Shown: piece after piece, positions 32,000 through 42,309 of the stretch
How positions within the stretch are numbered: the first letter of the stretch is position 1
How the letters are laid out: the number at the start of each line of letters is the position of its first letter
Source: Pelagomonas calceolata
Taxonomy: Eukaryota
NCBI GenBank assembly: GCA_918797485.1
Contig: CAKKNE010000002.1
Span: forward strand, 4,960,001-5,024,000
Length of the DNA: 64,000 nucleotides
Direction: 5' to 3'
Made by a program: the position numbers and the translations under genes
Notes under the pieces: generated by a model
Databases searched by the model: none
What the model saw: only the letters and a program-made list of their open reading frames with translations
Told to the model about the DNA's origin: nothing

Positions 32000-32812
32000 A
32001 TGGCCACTGCGCACAGCAAAGACAATGGCTCTCCTACCTCGGTCGCCCACAAGTTAGACGACGACCAGACTGACTCCGTCGTCGTGCGGCGCGACGACCT
32101 CGTCGTTATCGACAACGCGGCGCTCGGCACATTGTGCGAGGACGTCCAGATCGCGAGTCGAAGAAACGCGGGCATCCTCGAGGTCGAGTGGTTCCGAAAC
32201 GGCGCCGAGCTTACGCTCTTTCAGACGTTCGCGAACAGGGCGGCTGCGGCGGCGCAGCACGAAGAAACGTGGACCGGCCAGGGGTTCAGCGGGCGCGTCG
32301 CCCGCTCCTGCCGACATGTCCGAACCGTCTTGTACGGTCGTGGTCGTGTCGTGGACGACATGCTCGCGACGCCCCTCGGCGCCGGCATCGAGACGTACGC
32401 GCCCCTCGGCGCGCCATTTCGCCGCCCGCGCGCGGACCCTGCCCCGGAGCGCTATCGAATGCGGTACGACATGGAGCTGGTCACGGGCGACCTCGACGCC
32501 GTCAGGGCGTTCCTCCGCGAGCGGCAGAATTTGGCGCGCGCCGACCCCGGCATCCTCGACTTCGAGTTCTACTTCTCCGCGCCCCGCTCGGTCACGCTCC
32601 TCGCGTGCTACGCCGACGCGGCGGCCCAGCAGCGGAGCTTCATCCGGTGGATGAAGGCAGACGAGATGAAGTCGGTGCTCGCGGTCAAGGACATCTATAC
32701 CTATGGCCGCGTGGCCTTGGAGCCCGGGGCCGCGCCGCCGCCGCCAGGTTGGACCGAGTTGATGCTCGTCACGCACCACCAGGAGCCGGTGGGCCGGTGC
32801 TTCCAGCGCTAG
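32000..32812 (+). CDS. Tandem ABM-like (dimeric alpha+beta barrel) protein
   Basis: Internal duplication: NAGILEVEWF..LFQTFANRAAAAAQ..VLYG versus DPGILDFEFYF..LLACYADAAAQQRS..YTYG. No intron. Confidence 0.55.
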   Translation: MATAHSKDNGSPTSVAHKLDDDQTDSVVVRRDDLVVIDNAALGTLCEDVQIASRRNAGILEVEWFRNGAELTLFQTFANRAAAAAQHEETWTGQGFSGRVARSCRHVRTVLYGRGRVVDDMLATPLGAGIETYAPLGAPFRRPRADPAPERYRMRYDMELVTGDLDAVRAFLRERQNLARADPGILDFEFYFSAPRSVTLLACYADAAAQQRSFIRWMKADEMKSVLAVKDIYTYGRVALEPGAAPPPPGWTELMLVTHHQEPVGRCFQR

Positions 32813-32865
32813 TAGTTTTCCCTTCCCTAAGATAAGAACTTAGAAGCCAAAAAAACGCGGACAGA

Positions 32866-34306
32866 CTAGCCCTTCGTCGCGAAGCGCATGACGTGGTTGT
32901 GGAGCGCGGCGACGATGGACGGGTTCTGCGAGGCGAACTTCATCGTCTTCGTCCGCGAGTAGGGGTTCCGCAGCGCGAAGTACTTGACCGGCTGGTGCTC
33001 GCCCTTGTATACCTTGGACCTGTGCACAAAGCAACCAGTGAGTCTCGACGAGATCGTGGTCGCGCAGGATGAATCGAACGGAGAGAGACCGCACCGCCAC
33101 GCCATCGAGCTGGCGTCGCGTCGATGGCGTGCATTGGCGGAGACGCGCGCGACGGTTTGATTTATGCACTGCCTTGGACTGGATCGCCGAGCACTTGAAC
33201 GTGCCCGACAAGGCGTAGGCCTTGTACTTCATGCCCGTCAGCGGCTGGCCCTGGAACATGCGCACGACGATGTCCTCGTACTGCGCCTTCGAGGAGTACA
33301 GCTGGAGCACGTGGCGCTTCGCGACCGCGCCGCCGACGACGAAGAACATGCGCTGCCAGCCGGCCATCGACGACGGCGGGCCCGACCCCGCGGACTTTTT
33401 CACGAGCACCCAGCCCTTGGCCGAGTCGCAGGCCGCCATGGACTTCTCGAACACTAAATGGAGTGGCCGCGGCAGCGACTTGACGAGCTCGAGGCACCGC
33501 GCGTAGGGCAGGGCCGTCGCGTCCTGGCCGTTGATGAGGAGCAGCCTTGACCCGACGGCGACGCCCTTCTGCGCGGCCGCGCCGCCCTCGATGACCATGG
33601 TCACGACGGTCTGCTCGGGCCGCGCCTTCTTCTGCGCGGCCGTCGCGCCCGGCGCGAAGGCCGCGCGCCGCTCCAGCAGCATGCCGAGCTTGGCCTCGCG
33701 GTCGAAGGTCACGGTGTATGTCGGCAGCGACCCCGTCGTTGACGACTCCGGCTGCTGCAGCGTCAGCTGCTCGTTGCCGCCGTCCTCGGTGTACTCGGAG
33801 GCCACGGACATGGCGGACCCCCGTCGCGCCGGCTGCGACGGCTGGGACGCCTGGGACGCGGAGCCGCCGACCGAGAAGAAGTCGTCGTCGTAGCCGCCGA
33901 GCATGTCGCCGCCCGCCTGGCTCGGCGCCTGCGCCGGCGCGGCGTAGCCCATGGAGCCGCTGTTATCCGCCGGCGCGGCGGGCGGCGGCGCCGTCGGTTT
34001 CTGGTAGGACGTGTACGTCGGCCCGGCCTGGGGCACCTGGCTCGCCCCCGCGGGCGGCCAGACGGGCGCCGGCGCGGCCGGCGGCGGCGCGGCCGGCATG
34101 CCGTAGGGCTGCGGCGGCGGCGCGCCGTAGGCCGCGGGCGCGCCGTAGCCGTAGGGTTGCTGCATGCCGTACGGCTGCTGCGGCGGCGGCGCCATGGGCG
34201 GCGCCATCATCGCGGGCTTCTTCGCCGGCGCGACGGGCGCGGAGAGGCCCGCCAGCAGCTGCTCGTTGTGTTTGTCCATGGAACTGGACGTGAGGAAGTC
34301 GTCCAT
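32866..34306 (-). CDS. Pro/Gln-rich + PDZ + PH-like domain protein; exons 34306-33180 and 33019-32866
   Basis: PDZ KLGMLL..VIEGGAAAQKGVAVGSRLLLING..LPRPLHLVF; PH-like KGWVLVKK..WQRMFFVV..LQLY. Confidence 0.75.
33020..33179 (-). mobile_element. Introner element (160 bp) with perfect 8-bp TSD
   Basis: gtccaagg is duplicated (33172-33179 and 33012-33019); TIR cagtgcataaatcaaacc ... ggttgctttgtgcacag. Confidence 0.9.
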
Positions 34307-34541
34307 TTTTTTCCGTCGCGCGTCGCGTAACGTAACCCCTGGGTCGCTCTCCGATAGCCTGAGAGGGCTTTTTTTTGGTGGCAGCGTCTAAGCGTCTATC
34401 GCGGGGCGCAGCGTCGGTCTACTGAAATTGCTGCTCGTTTCTAGAATCCAACGCCTGTGTAGGACAGCAGGTCTTCCAAAGCACGCGCTTGTGCTTTTTT
34501 TGGCTTGCTAGTGTCTTAAACCACTAGCGTTTACATACGAA

Positions 34542-35165
34542 CTAGACCAGTACCAAGAAGAATGCCCCCGCGACCACCGCCGTGAGCGTCAGCAAGGCGC
34601 CGCCAAATAGCAAAGTCGCCGCACCGGCGTCCGACGACTTAGGGTCGAGCGGGAACTCGAGCTCGCCGCGTTCCAGCTCGTAGGCCGCCGCGAGTCGCAG
34701 GAGGATCGATTCGTTTCGGCCCACGAGCTGGAACGCCCGCGGCCGGAGCGCGTAGGGACACGCGCCGCCGCCGCGACAGCGCGAGACCGCGGCGGGGACG
34801 ACGACGAGCGGGAGGTCGGCGTAGTTGAACGGGACCATGTATCGCACGGCCTCGGCAAACAGTGTGGACGTCGTGACGATCTCCGGGATCTCCGCGGCCA
34901 GCGGCGCCGGCCGGCCCCAGACCGGCAGGAGCACCGCGTCGAGGTCTCCGAACGCGCGCGTCCACCGCGCCGCGGCCGCGCGCAACGCCTCGGCGCCGAA
35001 GATCGAGACGTATGCCCGCAGGTCGTCGTCGTGGCGGAACGCGCGCGCGAGGCGGCGCGAGACCTCCTCGAAGCTCGACGTTTGGCCGGAGCGGATGCGT
35101 TCCGCCGTCGACGTGTCGGCCGCTGTCGCGAGGTGAAGCAACAAGGGCGCCAGGAGACGCCGCAT
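34542..35165 (-). pseudogene. Internally deleted amidase-signature-family gene (signal peptide, C-terminal TM/GPI-like tail); ORF intact but catalytic core absent
   Basis: Amidase N-terminus IRSGQTSSFEEVSRRLAR..DDDLRAYVSIFGAEALRAA joins directly to the amidase C-terminus FGDLDAVLLP..PAP..PFNYADLPLVVVP..P..FQLVG..E..LLRLAAAYE. No GGSSGG signature. Confidence 0.6.
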
Positions 35166-35481
35166 TTTCCTGGCCTTTATCTCAAGCGCTCTCGCCTCCG
35201 CCGGCTTTTTGAGTGATCACAAAATGGACACAAATTGATTGCTTGAATTCAGGAAGTCCTTCAGAGACCTTCAACACATTCGTGCATTTGCTCTGATACT
35301 GTGGAAGATTTCGTCTACTCTGGCGTGTAGTTAAGGCCCTGATACCACACAAAAGCATGAAACTTGTGCTAGCGTCCTGTAACACACTAGCAAACCATCT
35401 GGCATGAACAAGCACAGAGGCAGCATTGATCAACCGAGCGCGCCAAAATAGCACGAAAACTGCTGCGAAGTTCTCCCAGCG

Positions 35482-36135
35482 ATGCATCTCCACCTCACTC
35501 CACTCATGCTGCTCCTCGCCCCCAGCTCTGCGCTATTGCAGGTGCACACGCGCCTGGCCAAGGCGATCCTGCACAAGGCCAAAGTCGACGCCATGCAGCA
35601 GCGGGAGGCGCTCTTGGCCCAGGCGGAACTACTCTTCGCGGCGGCGGCCGACATCGACGACGCGCTCGCGAGGCTCGAGCGCGGCGAGGCAATGGCAGAG
35701 CCGCCCGTCGTCACGCGGCTCGCGCCACCTCAACAACCCGAGGCGCCCGCGGAGACGGCGCTGCGGCGGCTCGGCGGCCGGGTCCTGCGCGTCGTCGACT
35801 TCGCGGGCGACGCGGCCGCGACGGCGCCGCTCGACGTGGCCCGCGCGGTCGCGCTCGACGCGGTGCACGTCCTCGCGTGGCGCGGCGGCGCGGGCGGCGC
35901 CGACGGCGTCGCCGTGGGCGATGGGCTCACGGCGCTCGCGGTGCGGCGCGACGACGGCGCGGGCCGCGTCGTCGTCGCGCTCGAGTGCGAGGAGCACGCG
36001 CGCCAGGTCGCGCACGTGATGACGTCGCTGGACGGCTTCGCCATGGAGGCCGCCCGCATCTCCCTCGACGCGGCGGCGGACGCCGTCCTGGCGCGGCGGG
36101 ACTGCGCGCTCGGCGTCGTGCTGCTGGAGGAGTGA
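35482..36135 (+). CDS. Signal-peptide hypothetical protein with a DUF3110-like C-terminus (possibly plastid)
   Basis: MLLLAPSSALL; VHVLAW..DGLTAL..VVVALECEEHARQVA. DUF3110 resemblance is recalled, not searched. Confidence 0.5.
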   Translation: MHLHLTPLMLLLAPSSALLQVHTRLAKAILHKAKVDAMQQREALLAQAELLFAAAADIDDALARLERGEAMAEPPVVTRLAPPQQPEAPAETALRRLGGRVLRVVDFAGDAAATAPLDVARAVALDAVHVLAWRGGAGGADGVAVGDGLTALAVRRDDGAGRVVVALECEEHARQVAHVMTSLDGFAMEAARISLDAAADAVLARRDCALGVVLLEE

Positions 36136-36342
36136 CTCAGTGACGCCATCGCTGCGATCGTAATGTGTTGTGTCTAGCGCGGTGTCACGGTAATCTAGTT
36201 CGTCGTATCGGGTGTTACATAGGGGGTGGGCGGGGAGGGCGGGGAGGGGTACGGCCGTGACCGCGGGGTAGGGAGGGGGTGGACCGGACGCCACATGCGC
36301 CGGGCCCGGGGGAGAGCGGGAATTTTTTTTCCAGAAGACTGA

Positions 36343-37695
36343 TCACAGTTCTGCGGCCTGTGTGGAACGACATCGTCGCGAAACCGCGGCTCCTTCGCGA
36401 GACGCGTAGACTCTCACGGGGCCGCGTCGACGGCGAGCTTGTCGCGTCGACGCCGTCGCTGTGAACTTAAATTTCATTTCTACGCCGATTCGCACCTGCG
36501 TAATCTTCTGGAGCGCCTGGGGCTGGTCCTCGTCAAGAGGGACCAACGCGCCGTCGCCGTCGGCGAGCGCGGCGCCCGCCCCGCCCCGCTCGGGCTCGAC
36601 ATCGATCATCTCCTCGGCGTCGGGCAGGTTGGCCTCGTCCGTGAACATCGTCGAGATGTCCCACGAGTCCTTCCTCTCGGTCAATTTCCGCTCCTTTTGT
36701 CGCTGCCACGCCACGAGCATGGCGATGAGGCCGCAGAAAACGACGCCCGCGACGACGTAGAGCACGATAAAGCCCGCAGAAGCCGTCTGGGGCGTGCCGC
36801 CGCCGCCGCTGCTGCCGGATTCGGCGGCGGCCGCGGCGGCCGCGAGGGCCGCTTCGCGGACGGCCGCCGTCGTCGGCGCGCTGGTCGGCGCCGGGACGGG
36901 CGCGGGCGTCGGTTTTGGCGTCGGGGCGAAGACGGGGGCCGCCGTCGGCGCCGGGATCGGTTTTGATGAGGGCGCCATCGACATGGTCGGCTTCGGCGTC
37001 GGCGCCGGCACGGGCGCGTCCGACGGCGCCGGCGTGGGCTTGGCCGTCGGCGCCGCGTTGACGTCGCCGCCGGCGGCCTCGAAGGGCACGGAGATGGGCC
37101 CGCTGACCAGCCCCAGGCCGCCGCTCGCGAACTCGACGGCGGTGCCGGCGCCGGACAGCGCCAGCGTGTACGCGCCGTCCGCGAGGCAGAACTGGACGGC
37201 GTCCTCGGCGCCGCTCTCGAGCGTGCCGGTCTCGACCGTCGCGCTGTCGGAGGAAATGGTGTAGGTCTCGCCGCCCCAGCCGTCGGCGCCGTCCGTGTCC
37301 GTCAGCGTCAGCGTGTACAGCGAGTCGTCGCCGCAGTCCGGCGTCGGCGACTTCGTCGCCGGCGTCGGCTGCGCCACGGGCATGGCGCTGGGCATGGGCG
37401 ACGGCTGCGGCGAGGGCATATTGGTGGGGCCCTCGGTGAACAGGTACGAGTAGGCGCCGTCCTGGAGCTGCCGTCGCAGCAGCGACGACATGCGCTCGAG
37501 CTCGGCGGCGGACTCGCCGCTCTTGGCGGCCGCCCACCACGCGCCGTCGTCGGCGGCGCGCGGCGCGTCCTGGCGCGGCACGGCCTCGGCCTCCAAAGCC
37601 GGCGCCGCGCGTCGTCGCGCGCCCCAGGCGACGCGGTCGGGCGCCGCGGCGGCGCGCGCCGCGCCCACCGTCGCCAGCACGGCGACCGTCCTCAT
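36343..37695 (-). CDS. Type I membrane surface protein with P/T-rich stalks and a small beta domain; terminal intron 36358-36495
   Basis: Signal peptide; RRQLQ; PT repeats; YTLTLTDTDGADGWGG..FCLADGAYTL; TM FIVLYVVAGVVFCGLIAMLVAW followed by RQKERK. Confidence 0.8.
   Translation of the reverse strand: MRTVAVLATVGAARAAAAPDRVAWGARRRAAPALEAEAVPRQDAPRAADDGAWWAAAKSGESAAELERMSSLLRRQLQDGAYSYLFTEGPTNMPSPQPSPMPSAMPVAQPTPATKSPTPDCGDDSLYTLTLTDTDGADGWGGETYTISSDSATVETGTLESGAEDAVQFCLADGAYTLALSGAGTAVEFASGGLGLVSGPISVPFEAAGGDVNAAPTAKPTPAPSDAPVPAPTPKPTMSMAPSSKPIPAPTAAPVFAPTPKPTPAPVPAPTSAPTTAAVREAALAAAAAAAESGSSGGGGTPQTASAGFIVLYVVAGVVFCGLIAMLVAWQRQKERKLTERKDSWDISTMFTDEANLPDAEEMIDVEPERGGAGAALADGDGALVPLDEDQPQALQKITQVRIGVEMKFKFTATASTRQARRRRGPVRVYASREGAAVSRRCRSTQAAEL
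36358..36495 (-). mobile_element. Introner-like intron (138 bp, in frame, stop-free)
   Basis: cag|gtgcgaat followed by cggcgtagaaatg; ends gttccacacag|gcc; two gcgtcgacg motifs. Confidence 0.7.
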
Positions 37696-38801
37696 GTTCG
37701 GCGAGGCGTCGCCCGTCCGGCGCCGCCGCGTCAGAACTCCGCGCGTCGCGGACCTGCGGGGGATGGACGGTGAGCGTCGCGGCGGGGGGCTCTGGGGCGT
37801 TAGTTTGGGCCAAATTTGTTCGTTCGCGAATTATTCGGCTTTGGGGGTTCTGGGGCATTTCGGTCTCGTCGTGTGTGTCTGTGGGCCGTTGGCGTGGGCC
37901 CGAGCCGCGGCAAGTGCGTCCCGGGCCGCCGGCGCGGCGGCGGCGCCGGGCCGCCGAGGCCGGACGCCGACGTCGGATGTGCCGCGCCCGCGGAGCGGGG
38001 GCGCCGCCGCCGGGCCGTCCGTCCGCAGGCGTACGGCGCGCGGCGCGCACGCAGAGCCACCCCGTCGGCGGCGGCGACCCAGCGCGGCGCGGCCCGCCCG
38101 CTAGGAGGCGCGTCGCTCCACCGGCCGAGGCTGCCGCCGCCGCACGCTCCGCGCCGCCGGTCGGGCTGCCCGCGCTCCCGCAGATTTCCTGCCAGCCCCA
38201 TGAATTCGCAAACGCGGGTGTGAACCGAGCGTGTCTCGCGCTACGGGCGCGATAGCACAGCTAGCTTTGCCCTAAAATTTGCCGGAGGCCCAAGTTGCCT
38301 TTGTGCCAACCCCCGCTCGAGCGCCCGTGCCGAGCTGTCGTCGCGGGCAGTCAGGACCCCTCGTCCGGCCACGCCAGGGGTCCAGGTTCCCGGCAGGGCT
38401 GCCCCTCGGGGCAATCCATGGGAAAGGCTGCCATTTGGCTGCCCCTTCGGCTCGTATCAGTCTAGTATCGTTCCAGGGCTGCACCAGCGGCTGGTAGACC
38501 CTCGCGCGAGGCGGGGCTTAGCGTCGTGCTGTTCACCCCCCGCTCTTCGCTTGACGGCCAGCCGCGCCCGGACCACGCGGACGTCTCCGCGACCGATCCC
38601 GGCGATCCAGGGGCTGCACGGCACGGGGGATTCGGGGATTCGGCGCTCGGCTTGGCGCCGAGTCAAGCCGCGCGAGATTACGAGGCGAGGCAGCCATCGT
38701 CGGGAGGACGCGACGAGCACAGTAAAGCCCCAGAATCCCATACTTGCGCCGCCCCCCAAGCTCGCTTATAAGCTGCCCCCGTGCGCGAATAACAAACGCC
38801 A

Positions 38802-41800
38802 ATGAAGACCGCCGTCGCCCTCGCCCTCTGCCTCGTCGCCACCGCCGCCACCAGCGACGACGAGCAGGCCCAGGCCCGCGCGCGGCTGCTCCTCCAGCGG
38901 GCCGTGGAGAAGGTGCGCGCCGGCGTGGAACAGGGCGTCCAGGGCCGCGCGCCCGCCGCGACGGCGGGCGCCGGCGGCGCCCGCCGCCTGGCCGGCTCCG
39001 CCCACGCCGGCGTCATCAGCCGGGCCGTCTACCCCGAATCGGACACGACGTGCGCGACGACGCCCATGCGCTGGGACGTCGAGATGCCGCACGTTTTCAC
39101 GGACGGCGAATGCGAGAGCTTCACCCTTGGCGGGCAGACACTCTCGACCCGCAGCACGTGCGCCTCGGCGACGAGCTACTCGAGCAACCTTTACTCGGGG
39201 GGCTCCTGCTCCGGCACGCTCTTTGATACGGAGGAGGTGACGGACGACGCCTGCGCGCCGAACTATGACGCCTCCAACTCGTACTCGTACTCGTACTCGT
39301 TCTCGTTCTCGTACGGCGACCTGGACGGCTACGCGAAGTGGGGCTGCGAGGCCATTCCCGCGGCCGACGTCGCGGCCACGATTACGTATCACATCGACTC
39401 CGTCACGTGCGACGACGCCGCGCCCAAGAACTACCAAGTCTGGCACGCGGGCTGCCAACCTCAAGGCCAGACGTCGGTTAAGTACTCGTGCGACGCGACC
39501 GATGGTTTCCGCGTCAAGTTTTACACGAACGCCGACTGCTCGGGCAGCCCGAACGCGGAAGTGACCGCGTTCCAAGCGGACACGTGCAATCAAGGCATGA
39601 AGGTGACCTGCGGGTGCGCGGCCGGCGTCGGCTGCTCCACCTCGGTGGTGGACGTGCCGACGGCGGCGCCGACGAAAGTCCCGACGTCCCAACCGTCGCG
39701 CGAGCCGACGACCAATCCGACGCTCGTCCCGACGCCCGTGCCGACATCCATGCCGTCGGCCGTGCCGACGCCCGTGCCGGCGTGCTGCGTCGAGCACCAA
39801 TTTACCGAAAACGGGGAGGTGGAAGGCACGACGTGCTACGGCGGCCGCTCGCCGTGGGACGCCGCCACCATGACCGACCTGTGTACGGCGGGCTATTCGG
39901 AGTACGGCGCGGCGGCACCCCCCTTCCGCGATTGCAGGCAGGAGGCGGTTGACTCGGGGAACTGCGGCACGTACGAGATGTGCGTGGAGTGCGAGAATTG
40001 GTGGGACTGGGCCGAGGGCAAGTACTGGGCGAACGTCGGCTACGAAGCGTGCCCCGACTGGGTGGTCGACGCCATCAACGCGGAGGGGGCCACCGGCGGC
40101 CAGTGCGCGGATTGGGTCCGCGACGGCTACTCGTATCCCTCCGGTTCGTGCGGGGACCACGCCTGGGGCGCCGATCGCGACGGATACTCCAAGTGCGCCT
40201 GGCTGGGTAGAGAGCCCTATCCCGAGGGCGACCCCGGCCTCCACGTAATGGGGGACGACGCGGAGATGTGCTGCCCGAGCGAGGACTGGAGGTGGGCGAA
40301 CGGCTGTCGCCCGGACTACTGCACGTCCTCGGGCAACGACTGCTACGCCTCGATGGACTGGGGCGAGCCGGCGACCTGCTCAAACGGCTACTTTCCGACG
40401 CCGCCGAACCCGACTACGGACGACCCCGAGTACACGTGCTGCCCGAGCGCGACCAGTTATCCCGCCGGTTCGTGCGGGGACCACGCCTGGGGCGCCGATC
40501 ACCCTTGGAGTATTTCCAAGTGCGCCTGGCTGGGTAGAGAGCCCTATCCCGAGGGCGACGCCGCCCTCTACGCAATGGGGGACGACGCGGAGACGTGCTG
40601 CCCGAGCGCGGACAGCTGCTTTGTCCTCGTGGCGTTCGAGCCCGATCCAGCCACCCAGGCAATGTTGGGCCTGCCAGGCGGGGAGTTCTCGGTGGGCTTG
40701 AACGATGCCGGCAAAAGCTACCACCCCGATGAGGGCGGAAACGTGCACAGCAACACCTTTTTCACGGTGCAAACGACGGAGGGCACGAAGATGCTTCATC
40801 GCAGCACGGACAACAACATAGTTTTCCCGGACCTGCCGGACGAGTGGACGACGGACGCGACGCGGCCACCTCACATCGAGGGGGATTTCCTCATCAACGT
40901 CGGTCTGCACGTTCACTGCCAAGACTACGCGCCGGGCGCCTTTGTGAAAGCGCTCGGGAATGTGGGCTCCGCCGGGAGCTGGGTCGTCAACGGTGACGGG
41001 ACAATTTCGCCGTTTGATGCCCCGCACCTCATTCTTGGCTGGGGCGACTTCACCACGGCTAGTGGGTCGTGCGGGGCCGACAACATGAACATGGACCCGC
41101 AACCGAACAACCTCGTCCTCCTGGACTCCGCGACGGCGCTCGGGTGCGAGGCCGCGAGAGAGGCCGATCCCGCTCAGATGTGCGCGCCGGTCTTCCGCGC
41201 GAGAGGCGTCGACTGCGATGACGCCGGCCACGACCATGGCAGCGCCTGCGACGGCATCCACCTCGAGGCTGGGATGGGCGAGGTCTGCACCTGGGTGCAT
41301 CATGAGGACCACGGCTGCCCGATCGTGAACACCCAGTTGTGGGACAGCGAGCTCTGGAGCTGCGACGATCTGTGCGGCAGGGCTGGCGGGTGGTGCGAGC
41401 GCGCGGCTTACATGACCAACAATCACTGCGGGTCGGACCAGGCCTGGGAGTACGAGCTCTCGTGCGACCAGGGCATTCGCGACATCCGGACGTGGGGTGG
41501 TGAGCCGTCTCACACCTTGTGCTGGTGCCGGGCCGACTGGTGGCACTACTACGACGAAGACGACGACGACGACGACGGGTTAGGCGGCGGCTCGGAGCTC
41601 GTCATGTCCGGCGGCCTCGTCGCGATCGGGCTCACGTTCACGGGCATCACCATCGCGACCATCGCGAACCTGATGCAGGAGCAGTGCGCCCTGGGCCCGA
41701 CGATCATCTTCGAGGCCGGCACCACCCACCCCTACTACATCAGCCCCAACCTCTGCACGATCGGCACGCACACGTACGCCTCCAAGAAGACCGTGCGCGA

Positions 41801-41909
41801 CGCGTCGCCGCGCAAGGTCTGCCGCAAGTTCTGCGAGGCCGCGTCCGCCGCCGGGAAGCTGGCGCTCAAGCACGTCCAGGGCCTGACCTGCTACTGCAAG
41901 CGGCGGTAG
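38802..41909 (+). CDS. Secreted/surface Cys- and Trp-rich modular protein (paralogue A, 1035 aa)
   Basis: Signal peptide, RRL, SYSYSYSFSFSY tract, PT stalk, repeated Cys modules, poly-Asp, hydrophobic segment, C-terminal CRKFC..CYC. Confidence 0.85.
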   Translation: MKTAVALALCLVATAATSDDEQAQARARLLLQRAVEKVRAGVEQGVQGRAPAATAGAGGARRLAGSAHAGVISRAVYPESDTTCATTPMRWDVEMPHVFTDGECESFTLGGQTLSTRSTCASATSYSSNLYSGGSCSGTLFDTEEVTDDACAPNYDASNSYSYSYSFSFSYGDLDGYAKWGCEAIPAADVAATITYHIDSVTCDDAAPKNYQVWHAGCQPQGQTSVKYSCDATDGFRVKFYTNADCSGSPNAEVTAFQADTCNQGMKVTCGCAAGVGCSTSVVDVPTAAPTKVPTSQPSREPTTNPTLVPTPVPTSMPSAVPTPVPACCVEHQFTENGEVEGTTCYGGRSPWDAATMTDLCTAGYSEYGAAAPPFRDCRQEAVDSGNCGTYEMCVECENWWDWAEGKYWANVGYEACPDWVVDAINAEGATGGQCADWVRDGYSYPSGSCGDHAWGADRDGYSKCAWLGREPYPEGDPGLHVMGDDAEMCCPSEDWRWANGCRPDYCTSSGNDCYASMDWGEPATCSNGYFPTPPNPTTDDPEYTCCPSATSYPAGSCGDHAWGADHPWSISKCAWLGREPYPEGDAALYAMGDDAETCCPSADSCFVLVAFEPDPATQAMLGLPGGEFSVGLNDAGKSYHPDEGGNVHSNTFFTVQTTEGTKMLHRSTDNNIVFPDLPDEWTTDATRPPHIEGDFLINVGLHVHCQDYAPGAFVKALGNVGSAGSWVVNGDGTISPFDAPHLILGWGDFTTASGSCGADNMNMDPQPNNLVLLDSATALGCEAAREADPAQMCAPVFRARGVDCDDAGHDHGSACDGIHLEAGMGEVCTWVHHEDHGCPIVNTQLWDSELWSCDDLCGRAGGWCERAAYMTNNHCGSDQAWEYELSCDQGIRDIRTWGGEPSHTLCWCRADWWHYYDEDDDDDDGLGGGSELVMSGGLVAIGLTFTGITIATIANLMQEQCALGPTIIFEAGTTHPYYISPNLCTIGTHTYASKKTVRDASPRKVCRKFCEAASAAGKLALKHVQGLTCYCKRR

Positions 41910-42309
41910 TGCCCCTTTCTTTTTGCTGTCTCCCCCCCCCCTTCTGCCTCGGTCGACCCGTCTATAACTCCCCTCCCCCCTTCGGTCGTCGACTCGGACA
42001 AGTTGCGTATAAACTTTTTCGTATCATGCTTATGACGGCTCCTCGACGATGGCGTGGTCGGCGGCGTCCCCTGCGGAAAGTAAATTTCCCCCCTCCCGCT
42101 TCGATGGCCGGCCAGCCGCGCCCGGACCACGCGGACGTCTCCGCGACCGATCCCGGCGATCAGGGGCTGCCCGCACGGAGGATCCCGGCGGCTGGCGCCG
42201 CGCCGAGGCAGCAATCCGACAAATCCGAGACAACGAGACCAAGCCATCGGCGGGAGGCGTACCGAGAAGTGCATCGGGACACACCAGCGGAGATAGCAGG
42301 GCGCGCAGC

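Noticed and set aside
37750..38250. Possible 5' UTR intron of the 36343-37695 gene (acceptor-like cccgcag near 37753)
   Set aside because: No coding constraint to place a donor; cannot be supported without transcripts.
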